A stretch of DNA of 64,000 nucleotides, taken from positions 310,001 to 374,000 of the forward strand of contig BROI01000028.1 of the NCBI GenBank assembly GCA_027923505.1, written 5' to 3'. This stretch comes from Mayamaea pseudoterrestris. Lineage: Eukaryota. Under the pieces are notes generated by a model. It saw only the letters and a program-made list of their open reading frames with translations, did not search any database and was not told the DNA's origin. The position numbers and the translations under genes are program-made. This document shows positions 31,901 through 43,550 of this stretch, piece after piece; within the stretch, counting starts at the first letter, position 1, and every line of letters begins with the position of its first letter.

Positions 31901-34900
31901 TGCGGAGGCCCGTGGAACATTATCTTAGTGTTTTGCGGGCTGATCGGGGGTCTAATGCGTAACATTCAAGCCATTCTCATGAGCGTTACCCGTCAGACTC
32001 TCGCACCAGCTAACGACGACACCGACAAGCCCACCATACCAGGCAACCACTCACCAAGGCCACCATCGCGCAGCAAGTACCGCCAAGTACTCCAGCAATG
32101 GGTTCCACAGGCCTTCCAGTGGTTCAAGCATCTGCTGTGGCCGTCCTTCAGCTACCCTCGCTTGCGCTGCCGCCTGCGCCATAGCTACCCCTTCGCTCCC
32201 CGACGCCAACATCACTCCAACCAGTGGGCCCGGCGACTATGCTACTTTCATATAGCGTCGTGGGCCATCATGGCTACCGCAGACTCCCGCCTGGGCCATC
32301 GCCCGAAACGGGAGCTAGCACGACACAAGCGGCCGCCGCGCACAGCCCACCTCATACCTTTGGACTTTGTGCGTCGAGCAAGGGCATACAATGAACTGGT
32401 TAACTACCTCTACGGCCATCCAGCTCCAACGCCATTCTGCGCTCCGAGTGCCAATGGATGCCGCTACACCACGCACCTCCACCAACTCCTGCTGCACACC
32501 CCCGAGGTGCAGGCAGAGACGGACTCAGTCCCAGTTCATTCGTCCACCCTCGTGGCCTTTGCATCCCAAGCTTCCTCACTCAACAAGCCCAGGCGGGCAC
32601 ACTTTGATACTGACTCCCAGCCCATCCGAGTGGACAATTGTGCCTCCTACTGCATAACCAATCGGCTTACGGACTTCTACCGCCCTCCGCGGCCCATCCA
32701 GAGCACCATTGTGGGCATCCATGGCTCGCAGGGCAGTCCATTCCTCCAAGGGCCCGGCCGCTACGAGATTGAAGACGATCAAGGCGCGCCCTACACCATC
32801 GACATACCCAACTTGCTCTACGATGCCTTGGCCCACAGTCGGCTCCTCAGCCCCCAACACTGGGCCCAACTCGCCAAGGACAACTCTCCGGAACCGGACG
32901 GCACCTACTCGCTCACCTTCTCTGACCGCATTGTCCTCTACTGGGACCAGCGCCGCCGGCAGCGTACCATCCCCTTGGACCCCGATTCCAACGTGGCCAT
33001 CATGCACTCCACCCCAGGCTTCTCCAACTTTCTCGCCTACGAGGCCACCCTGGGACCGCTTCCGGACACATGTCCCGTCTGCTTCGACGCGGCCATCCTT
33101 CCCTTTGATCCTGCAGACTCACCTGCGGACTCACCATTGGCCTCTGGGGGGAACGAATGACGCGGCCCTCGCCGCTGCTACCAAGGCCAGAGCCTCTATC
33201 CACCGACTTCCACCTCGACGGTCCCGGGCAAAGCCTTCACAATCAAGTCAGTCCGGATGAAGAAGACACTCTGCCTCAAGATGCCTCTGCTGAGTTCCTC
33301 CGATGGCATCACAACTTGAATCATGCAGCGCCAGCGCGCATCCAGGAGATGGCCCGCATGGGGATCCTTCCTTGACGCCTAGCCAAACGCCCAATTCCAT
33401 TGTGCACCAGCTGCCTATACGGCAAGGCCACCAGGCGGCCATGGCGCACTAATCAGCCCAATGCCCTCAAGGGAGCGGACAAGCTCCTGGCCACCAAGCC
33501 AGGCGAGTGCGTGTCGGTTGACCAGCTTGTGTCCTACACCCCAGGCCTGATTGCCCAGCTACGAGGCACACCGACTAAACGCCGCTACATGTGCGCCACG
33601 GTATTTGTGGACCAATTCAGCCGCTTCTCTTACATCCACCTCAAGAAGACCACCTCGGCCGAAGAGACCCTGGAGGCCAAGGCGGCCTTCGAGTTATACT
33701 GCTCCTTCGTCGGGGTACAGGTGCTGCACTACCGGGCCGACAACGGCGTGTTTGCGGACAACCTATGGAGGCAGGCCTGCACCCAAGCCGGGCAGCAGCT
33801 CACCTTCTGTGGGGTTGACGCCCACTTCCAAAACGGCATTGCAGAACGCCGCATCAGGGAGCTACAGGATCAGGCCCGCACCATGATGATCCATGCCACT
33901 AAGCGATGGCCAAGCGCAATCACCACCAACTTGTGGCCATACGCCCTCCGTGTGGCGAATGAGTCCAAGAACGTCACACCAGGCCTGAGCGACAAACTCA
34001 TCCCCATAGAGGTCTTTACAGGGGCTCCGGCTTCATTCAACCCAAAGCACAGCTCACCCTTTGGCTGCCCAGTGTACACCTACGTAACGAGCAAGGACAA
34101 ATGGAAGGAATAGGAGTATACCTCAGGCACTCTCCCCAACACGCACGCTCCGTCGCCCTGGTGCTATCATTGGAAACAGGCCTGGCCTCTCCGCAGTTTC
34201 ACGTGCACTTTGACCCAAGTTTCCAAACCATGCGCAAGGCCTTTGACGGATGCCTGCCAACGTCACAGTGGCAGGACCGCTGCCACTTCCTCTCGCCAGT
34301 GTCGACCAAGGGAGACTCCGAAGAGGCTTTGGACCAACAGAACAAGAGCCTTTACAGCAAAGCCCAGCAAGTCTCATTTGTCGAGCCTGATCAGTCCAGC
34401 TACCACCCTGCTGTAGAGGACGGCCACCTCGAGGCCCAGGAAGCGCCAGGCCAAGCGCACACTCAGGGGACTCCACCAAGGGAGGCGGAGCCCACCGCAG
34501 ATACTCCGGGCCCCGCTGAGGGTCCACCAGAAGCAACTCCCACCGAACCCGCAAGCGAGGCAGCACCACTGCTGAGGAGGTCACAGCGCATCAGGCGCCT
34601 CACAGAGGAAGGTCAGCAATACCGATCCGAACTCAGAGGAGGGCGCACCACCCGCGAACTCATACAGGCCATGCGCTCTGAACTACTCAAGGAGTCCCCT
34701 GACCCAGCGAACTTTGAGTACCTGGCCGAGTCCATGGAGCAGGAGCTGGGACAGACTCGAGGCAGCTACGTGGCGTACGAGGCCCTGGCAGAACCAGCCG
34801 AGTTTGCAACGCCAACCCCCTTCGCCGCGGGCTCTTCAGAAGATACCATGTACTGGCACCAGGCCATGCAGTCAGAAGATAGGGAGGAGTTCCTCAAGGC

Positions 34901-36443
34901 GGCCCAGAAGGAGATTGACGACCAAGCCAACAATGGCATCTGGGAGGTAGTACCAAGGGGCCAAGTTCCCAAGGGAGTCGTTCCCCTCCCAGCAGTGTGG
35001 GCTATGAAGCGCAAGCGGCGCATCACCACCGGCGAGATATACAAGTGGAAAGCTCGGCTCAACTTGGATGGATCCAAGCAGGTCAAGGGGGTCCATTATG
35101 ATCAGACCTACGCCCCCGTCGCATCCTGGGCTACCATTCGCCTCGTCATTGCCAAAGCCCTTCAACTTAAGTGGCACACAAGGCAAATTGATTTCGTACA
35201 GGCCTACAACCAAGCGGAGGCCAAGTCTAACACCATATACATGGAGATCCCAAAGGGTTTCGAAGTACCAGGCGAGCCGCCAGGAGCATCAGTGCTACAC
35301 GTCAAGAAGAACACATACGGGGGATGCGACTCGGGCAGAACCTGGAACAAGCACTTGGTAAACAAGTTAAAAGCCGTGGGGTTCACTCAAAGCAAAGTGG
35401 ACGAGTGCCTTTTCTATTGAGGCAAGTCCCTATACGTGCTATACTGCGACGACTCCATCCTCTGCGGCCCAGACGAGAAAGAGATAGAGACCATCTTGCA
35501 AGACATGCGAGATACTGGACTTAACCTCACAGTGGAGGGCGAGTTAGGCGACTTCCTAGGAGTCAAGATAGAGAGGAAAGGTGACGAAATTTACCTCACG
35601 CAGCCCCACTTGATTGAGCAGATCCTCATTGACGTGCAACTTGAGAAGGCCAACGTCGCCATCAAGCACACTCCAGCCAGCACCTCAAAGATCCTCACTC
35701 GCCACTCCAACTCTGAACCATTTGACAACAGCTTTGACTACCGGTCAGTACTGGGCAAGTTGAACCACCTGGAGCGCTGCTCTCGACCAGGCATCGCCCA
35801 AGCAGTGCACCAATGCGCCAGGTTCTCCAGCGCACCCAAGCAGGAACACGGGCAGGCCATCAAGTGGATCTGCAGGTACTTGGCAGGAAGTCGGGACAAG
35901 GGCATGATATACCGCCCCACTGGAGACTCTTTTGAGTGCTACGTTGACGCCAACTGGATTGGTGACTGGGATCCCAACGAGGCGCCTACCGACCCAGACA
36001 CGGCCAGGTCAAGAACCGGGTACATCATATACTATGCAGGATGCCCTCTTGTGTGGGCCAGCAAGATGCAGACTCAGATAGCCCTATCCACCACCGAGTC
36101 GGAGTACATTGCCCTCAGCATGGCACTACGGGAAGTCATACCACTCATGGAGCTAACCAAGGAGCTCAAGGCAGCCGGCTTCAAGTTTGAGCCTACCACT
36201 CCAACCCTACACTGCAAAGTGTTTGAGGATAACAGCGCATGCCTTGAGATCAGCAACGTACACAAGATGCGCCCTCGCACCAAGCACATCACTGTGCAGT
36301 ACCACCACTTCCGCAGCTACGTCAACTCAGGAGAGATCAGCATCCTCCCTATTGACACGGAAGAACAGCGCGCGGACATACTCACCAAGAGTGTACCACT
36401 GGATATCCTCACCAAGCACCGGCTCACAGTCCAGGGCTGGTAA
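31901..36443 (+). pseudogene. pol: Copia pol (protease, integrase, RT, RNase H) with two frameshifts and two in-frame TGA stops
   Basis: VDNCAS protease; WHHNLNH..CTSC; VSVDQL..RADNG..QNGIAERRI integrase; KWKARL..IDFVQAY..YCDD RT; YVDANW..TESEY..EDNSAC RNase H. Breaks at about 33150, 33373-33375, about 34105 and 35418-35420. Confidence 0.9.
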
Positions 36444-36464
36444 GGGTACCTACCAAAAAGGGAG

Positions 36465-36899
36465 TGTTGGATGTCTATGCGACATAGGCGGACGTCCATG
36501 CGACATCGAAGGATCAGGCGGGATTCGGTTCGGTCCCCACAAACCAGCCTTGCCACAGACTGACGATGGCGATGACACCCTCGCCATTGGCAAGGGGATG
36601 GCGAAGCATCCAACTGACTTACTCTCTAACTATTTGTTCTATCACCAGTTAAAAATGGCTACAAACGCCAAAGCACCCTAATTACCCGCAAGACGGCAAG
36701 TTCACTGGCTATCATACATAGCAGGCCCAAGCAAGCCAGCACCTCGGCGAGACTCGGCCTGCAATGGCAGTAAATTATAGCAGTAACACTAAACACTCAC
36801 AGTTACCAAACGAAGCAGACCTTCTTTGATTTCTAGTTACTTGCAAGTAGTAACCACCGAGCCCTTCAGTTGACAGTCGACTGAATCACCATAACAACA
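36465..36899 (+). repeat. 3' LTR (435 bp)
   Basis: Direct repeat of 29970-30404. Confidence 0.95.
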
Positions 36900-36969
36900 G
36901 GTCTGACCTGACTGCGTGGTAGTTGGGCACCCGGAATGTAGGCACTAAGTTTCATTGAACAAAAGGATG

Positions 36970-37905
36970 AGTGCATACCTTGGTGCTGCATGGGGAAGGA
37001 GATTGTGTCATGCTGCAAGCGTGGTGTTGCACTGGGAAAGAGAGTAAGTCTTGCGGTTGGTGACTCACAGGGCTTGGTGCATGGGTCACTTGAGGTGCTG
37101 CACTGGAAAGGAGAAAAAATAGGGCTTGCCGTAGGTGACGCACTAGGCTTATTGCTCGGGTCAATTGATGGCTGGTGCTGCACTTGGAAGAAGACTGGGT
37201 CCTGCGCTAGGTGACTCACTTGGCTTGGCACTCGGGTCACTACTGTAGATGGCAAACTTGATGGCATGCTGCTTGGGTGAGTGCTGGGAAACCCACTGGG
37301 AGCCACGGAGGGTGACAAGCTTGGTGCTGTACCGGGAAGAAGATTGGGTCCTGCGCTAGGTGACTCACTTGGCTTGGCACTTGGGTCACTACCGTAGACG
37401 GCAAACTTGATGGCATGCTGCTTGGGTGAGTGCTGGGAGACCCACTGGGAGCCACCACGGATGACAAGCTTGGTGCTGCACTTGAAAGAAGACTGGGCCC
37501 TGCACAAGGCAACTCACTTGGCTTGCGCTTATGTCATTTGATGGCAAACTTGAAAGCAAGTTGCGGGGTGAGAGCTTGGAGACAAACTTAGAGCCACAGA
37601 GGGTGACAAGCTTGGTGCTGCACTTGGGAGGAGACTGGGCCCTGCGATAGGTGACACACTGGGATTGGTGCTTGGATCACTTGGTGGCACACTCAATGGC
37701 AAGCTGCTGGGGTGAATGCTGGGAGACAGAATGGGAGCCACAGAGGGAACAAGCTTGGTACTGCACTGGGAAGGAGAAATAGGCCCTGCGCTAGGTGCTG
37801 CACTTGCTTGGCACTTGGATCACCTGTTGGGTCATTTGATAGCACACCTGGTGTTCAGTTAAATGCTATGGATAGACTGAGAGCCAGAGGATGACAAGTT
37901 TGGTG
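36970..37905 (-). repeat. Decayed tandem repeat (about 150-bp period in part) encoding fragments of PSxxPS mucin-like sequence
   Basis: Recurrent GGTGACAAGCTTGGTGCTGCAC and GGTGACTCACTTGGCTTGGCAC. Minus-strand frames give PSLSPSVAPS/PSSMPSSLPS broken by frameshifts. Confidence 0.75.
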
Positions 37906-38149
37906 GTAAGGAGTTTTACCATACTTCATGTTTAAAAAATAATGGGACTGGTCATGTGGTGCCTTGCTGGTGTGGCTTACTTGGTACAATTCCGAAAAAA
38001 ATCAGTTGACCATTATCGAGCCCCAAGAAGCCGTGTCCGCGTAGAAACTCATGTAGACCTTGTACTGAAAACGTGTTCTGCGAGCAAGAATTTTCACTTT
38101 GCCACAGGGGGAAGGGACCGATCTGATGAGAGTCAGACCAAAATCTACG

Positions 38150-41100
38150 CCATCCTCATGTCAATGGCACACCCTGGACATGTTTTGCCTGACTCATTGG
38201 GTTGTTGGGTGGCCAGGGCATGGGGCATTGTAGTGGTATAATTCCATAATTTGGGGTGCTGGCCACACCCAGCCTGCAGACCATTCCATGGTGTAGGCCT
38301 CCAGGCAGTCCGTTTTGCACCATTTCAGACCATCCTCATGTCAATGGCACACCCTGGACATGTTTTGCCTGACTCATTGGGTTGTTGGGTGGCCAGGGCA
38401 TGGGGCATTGTAGTGGTATGAACCTATAATTTGGGGTGTTGGCCACACCCAGCCTGCAGACCATTCCATGGTGTAGGCCTCCAGGCAGTCCGTTTTGCAC
38501 CATTTCAGACCATCCTCATGTCAATGGCACACCCTGGACATGTTTTGCCTGACTCATTGAATTGTTGGGTGGCCAGGGCACGGGGCATTGTAGTGGTATG
38601 ATCAATTCCATAATTTGGGGTGTTGGTGACACCCAGCCTGCAGACCATTCAATGGTGTAGGCCTCCAGGCAGTCCGTTTTGCACCATTTCAGACCATCCT
38701 CATGTCAAGGGCACACCCTGGACATGTTTCGCCTGACTCTTTGGGTTGTTGGGTGGCCAGGGCACGGGGCATTGTAGTGGTGATTCCATAATTTGGGGTG
38801 TTGGCCACACCCAGCCTGCAGACCATTCCATGGCGTAGGCCTCCAGGCAGTCCGTTTTGCACCATTTCAGACCGTCCTCATGTCAATGGCACACCCTGGA
38901 CATGTTTTGCCTGACTCATTGGGTTGTTGGATGGCCAGGGCACGGGGCATTGTGGTGTGATCAATTCCATAATTTGGGGTGTTGGCCACACCCAGCCTGC
39001 AGACCATTCAATGATGTAGGCCTACAGGCAGTCCGTTTTGCACCATTTCAGACCATCCTCATGTCAAGGGCACACCCTGGACATGTTTTGCCTGACTCAT
39101 TGGGTTGTTGGGTGGCCAGGGCACGGGGCATTGTAGTGGTATGATTCCATAATTTGGGGTGTTGGCCACACCCAGCCTGCAGACCTGTCCGTGGTGTAGG
39201 CCTCCAGGCAGTCTGTTTTGCACCATTTCAGACCATCCTCATGTCAATGGCACACCCTGGACATGTTTGGCCTGACTCATTGGGTTGTTGGATGGCCAGG
39301 GCACGGGGCATTGTAGTGGTATGATTCCATAATTTGGGGTGTTGGCCACACCCAGCCTGCAGACCTGTCCGTGGTGTAGGCCTCCAGGCAGTCCGTTTTG
39401 CACCATTTCAGACCATCCTCATGTCAATGGCACACCCTGGACATGTTTGGCCTGACTCATTGGGTTGTTGGATGGCCAGGGCACGGGGCATTGTAGTGGT
39501 ATGATTCCATAATTTGGGGTGTTGGCCACACCCAGGCTGCAGACCATTCCATGGTGTAGGCCTCCAGGCAGTCCGTTTGCATCATTTCAGACCATCCTCA
39601 TGTCAATGGCACACCCTGGACATGTTTTGCCTGACTCATTGGGTTGTTGGGTGGCCAGGGCACGGGGCATTGTAGTGGTATGATTCCATAATTTGGGGTG
39701 TTGGCCACACCCAGCCTGCAGACCATTCCATGGTGTAGGCCTCCAGGCAGTCCGTTTTGCACCATTTCAGACCATCCTCATGTCAATGGCACACCCTGGA
39801 CATGTTTTGCCTGACTCATTGGGTTGTTGGGTGGCCAGGGCAGGGGGCATTGTAGTGGTATGATTCCATAATTTGGGGTGTTGGCCACACCCAGCCTGCA
39901 GACCAGTCCGTGGTGTAGGCCTCCAGGCAGTCCATTTTGCACCATTTCAGACCATCCTCATGTCCATGGCACACCCTGGACATGTTTTGCCTGACTCATT
40001 GGGTTGTTGGGTGGCCAGGGCACGGGGCATTGTAGTGGTATGATCAATTCCATAATTTGGGGTGTTGGCCACACCCAGCCTGCAGACCATTCCATGGTGT
40101 AGGCCTCCAGGCAGTCCGTTTTGCACCATTTCAGACCATCCTCATGTCAATGGCACACCCTGGACATGTTTTGCCTGACTCATTGGGTTGTTGGGTGGCC
40201 AGGGCACGGGGCATTGTAGTGGTATGATTCCATAATTTGGGGTGTTGGCCACACCCAGCCTGCAGACCAGTCCGTGGTGTAGGCCTCCAGGCAGTCTGTT
40301 CTGCACCATTTCAGACCATCCTCATGTCCATGGCACACCCTGGACATGTTTTGCCTGACTCATTGGGTTGTTGGGTGGCCAGGGCACGGGGCATTGTAGT
40401 GGTATGATCAATTCCATAATTTGGGGTGTTGGTGACACCCAGCCTGCAGACCATTCCATGGTGTAGGCAGCTGCAGACCATCTATGTCCATGGCACACCC
40501 TGGACATATTTTGCCTCTCATTGGGTTGTTGGGTGGCCGGCTGGTTATGCATTCCATATTTGGGGTGTTGGTGACACTCCAGGCAGTCCTGTTTTGCACC
40601 ATTTCAGACCATCCTCATGTCAATGGCACACCCTGGACATTATGGTTTTGCCAGCACTGCATTGGGGTTGTTTTTTGGGGTGTTGGCCAGGGACAGGGGC
40701 ATTGTAGTGGTATGATCTCCATCAATGTTTGGGGTTGTTGGGCCACACCTTTTGCAAGCCTGCAGACCATTCCATGGTGTAGGCCTCCAGGCAGTCCATT
40801 TTGCACCATTTCAGACCATCCTCATGTCAATGGCACACCCTGGACATGTTTTGCCTGACTCATTGGGTTGTTGGGTGGCCAGGGCATGGGGCATTGTAGT
40901 GGTATGAACCTATAATTTGGGGTGTTGGCCACACCCAGCCTGCAGACCATTCCATGGTGTAGGCCTCCAGGCAGTCCGTTTTGCACCGTGTCAGACCATC
41001 CTCATGTCAATGGGCACACCCTGGACATGTTTTGCCTGACTCATTGGGTTGTTAGGTGGCCAGGGCATGGGGCATTGTAGTGGTATGATTCCATAATTTG

Positions 41101-41498
41101 GGGTGTTGGCCACACCCAGCCTGCAGACCATTCCATGGTGTAGGCCTCCAGGCAGTCCGTTTTGCACCATTTCAGACCATCCTCATGTCAATGGCACATC
41201 CTGGACATGTTTTGCCTGACTCATTGGGTTGTTGTGTGGCCAGGGCACGGGGCATTGTAGTGGTATGATTCCATAATTTGGGGTGTTGGCCACACCCAGC
41301 CTGCAGACCATTCCATGGCGTAGGCCTCCAGGCAGTCCGTTTTGCACCATTTCAGACCATCCGCATGTCAATGGCACGCCCTGGACATGTTTTGCCTGAC
41401 TCATTGGGTTGTTGGGTGGCCAGGGCACGGGGCATTGTAGTGGTATGATTCCATAATTTGGGGTGTTGGTCACACCCAGCCTGCAGACCATTCCATGG
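38150..41498. repeat. 180-bp tandem satellite, about 18-19 units
   Basis: CATCCTCATGTCAATGGCACACCCTGG recurs at 38151, 38331, 38511 and onward; there are 184-bp variants and a rearranged stretch near 40470-40760. Confidence 0.97.
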
Positions 41499-41657
41499 GT
41501 AGGCATGTAGTGCCTACTCCTAGCAAAGGCTGCAGAGCAGTGCCATAGGAGGATGCTTTACATCAATGCAAATTGAGGGTGTCAAAACTGTCACAACGTA
41601 TGTATATGTCTAAAGTCTATTAGGCTGTGCATCAATGCATGTGGGAAAAATATAGCT

Positions 41658-43313
41658 TCAATCAAGAAACAGGGGTGCCGCGGCAGCAACGCGCTGTACC
41701 TTGTGATGAGGGATATGGGCAATGACTTGAATCGAGTTGCGAATTTCTAAAGTCTTGTTGACAAATCGTCGATAGCGCGAATTTTCTCGCTTATCGAGCT
41801 TGTCTTGATCATCCCAAAAGAAGTTTTGCGGAGGAGCCTCGTCCTTGTCCACGAACTCTGTCTGGAAGCGCTCGAGAAAATGAATCATGTCGCTGATCCA
41901 ATCATCGTCACGATGCAGTCGCAGTAACAGTGCTCCGTTGGTGGCGGTCTGCCGGACTAACACAACAGATCTGCACTCGGGTCCCAGGCAAAGCATCTCC
42001 ATCATTAGCTGAGGAATGTAGTGTGAAAATACCTTGGAGTGATCATCAAACGGAACGTCAGCGACATTGAAACGATGTTTGTGTCGTCGCTTGCCCTTGG
42101 CAATCCATGGAACGACAAAGGGGCAATGATTCTTCACTTCCAATGCCTCGATTGATCCATTCGAGTGACACAGAATGGCATCAGGACTAGCTCCAACCAA
42201 GAGAGAACTTTGTGTCTGATTCAAATCAAGACCTGCCCCACACATTCCCGTTTCTTTCATAACAAAACCTGGATCCCGCTCGGAAAAGTAGTTGAGTGCC
42301 GTCAACAATGATGTCGCCTCCTGCGCATTGCCCCAGGCCATTCGAATCGTCTTGATGGAAACTTGATGTTGAAACAGTTTACGGAGAGATGTTTGACGTC
42401 TTTTGATTTCTGATTCCGGTGTCTGGTAAAGATAATCGTATTCAAATAGCCCATTGCTGTTCCTGTCATTCCGTCGCTTCCACAGCAATGGCTTGCCACA
42501 GTCTTGATTGTTGAGATCATAATTGTCGTGAACGCGAAGCACCTTGTTCATCTTATCCAGTGTCCTTAGTGCCGGTTGTCGCAGCCTATGAAAGGCTCCA
42601 ACGCCTCCGCGTTGCCAGTATCTCGGCACGTTCAAGATTTGCCCCGTCAGCGGCTCCAAGAATCCCAATGCTGCGACAGCTTGCGAAGTCGTGCATCGTC
42701 CGTCATGGAGAGCATCCCACTGCCACGAGTCTTGCCGAAAAAGTTTCACATCCTCCAAAGAGTCTAGACGAGTAATATCGTGTGGCAGAGGCAATGGTTG
42801 AAACTTTGGGTGCATCCGTAAGTGTTCCATGGAAACAGATCGCCAGTACACATCGGGAAAGTCTCCCGATTTGGGGTATATGAGGTTAGACTGGTCCACT
42901 GGATCAGCAGTAGCAAGCAGAGTTGATAGTATTGGACTCAAAGAAGCATTGGTCGCAGATGCGTTTTCTGTTATTGCTGTTGTTTCGTTTACCTTGCTGG
43001 TTGTTGCAAATTCATCCAATGGTTGAGGTTCGCCCGACTGTTGTCGTCGTTTCTTGTTCTTTCGTTGATTTTTCTTTCTGTTGCGCCTCGTATTCTTCGA
43101 TTCCATTGGTTCTGTATCTCGCGCTGCTGTGCTAGTCGCCGGCGACGACTGATGCAACAAACAAGCTGTTCGACAATTCGGTGGAGAATGCTGAAAGAGG
43201 ACTTGCGAGGGCACGAGCAACATGGCGCTCTTTGTAGCGCCAAAGGCCTCAACGCCAGAGTATGTAGCGAATAATGCAAATACGAACAAGAACAAGTATA
43301 GTTCCCTGTTCAT
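41658..43313 (-). CDS. YqaJ/lambda-exonuclease-like PD-(D/E)xK nuclease with a predicted bipartite plastid presequence
   Basis: Motifs GRCTTSQA, MAWGNAQEATSL, ETG..LVGASPDAIL..LEVKNHCP and YIPQLMMEM. N-terminus MNRELYLFLFVFALFATYSGVEAF. Confidence 0.75.
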   Translation of the reverse strand: MNRELYLFLFVFALFATYSGVEAFGATKSAMLLVPSQVLFQHSPPNCRTACLLHQSSPATSTAARDTEPMESKNTRRNRKKNQRKNKKRRQQSGEPQPLDEFATTSKVNETTAITENASATNASLSPILSTLLATADPVDQSNLIYPKSGDFPDVYWRSVSMEHLRMHPKFQPLPLPHDITRLDSLEDVKLFRQDSWQWDALHDGRCTTSQAVAALGFLEPLTGQILNVPRYWQRGGVGAFHRLRQPALRTLDKMNKVLRVHDNYDLNNQDCGKPLLWKRRNDRNSNGLFEYDYLYQTPESEIKRRQTSLRKLFQHQVSIKTIRMAWGNAQEATSLLTALNYFSERDPGFVMKETGMCGAGLDLNQTQSSLLVGASPDAILCHSNGSIEALEVKNHCPFVVPWIAKGKRRHKHRFNVADVPFDDHSKVFSHYIPQLMMEMLCLGPECRSVVLVRQTATNGALLLRLHRDDDWISDMIHFLERFQTEFVDKDEAPPQNFFWDDQDKLDKRENSRYRRFVNKTLEIRNSIQVIAHIPHHKVQRVAAAAPLFLD

Positions 43314-43550
43314 TCTCTTCTCAAGCTTCAACAATCCGAGTCGGTCGAAGCGAGTGAGTTGGAATCGAAATGCGAAAGCTGACAGTGAGTTGCGAAAAAG
43401 CTGACTGATGATTATATCGTAACGCGACTGACTGACAGCTCAGACGCGTTGGAGATCCCGCTGCTTGAACCCTTACAACTGCACACAACGAAATAAACTG
43501 CCAAGACGATAAACACGATAGACTGCTATGCTGTATGTCGATTTGTTTCT

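Larger units (their letters stand above)
29970..36899 (+). mobile_element. Full-length Ty1/Copia (CoDi-like) LTR retrotransposon with a disrupted pol
   Basis: TG..CA LTRs at 29970-30404 and 36465-36899, 5-bp TSD GGTCT (29965-29969 and 36900-36904), PPT AAAAAGGGAG at 36455-36464, and domain order gag-PR-IN-RT-RH. Confidence 0.97.

Noticed and set aside
38040..38135. Hammerhead ribozyme core words (GAAA, CTGATGA) just before the 180-bp array
   Set aside because: I could not form stems I-III around them.
38150..41498. CRISPR-like array or coding repeat (180 bp = 60 codons, one minus-strand frame with a single stop per unit)
   Set aside because: There are no unique spacers or cas genes, and 4-bp and 1-bp indels break the frame between units, so it is a satellite.
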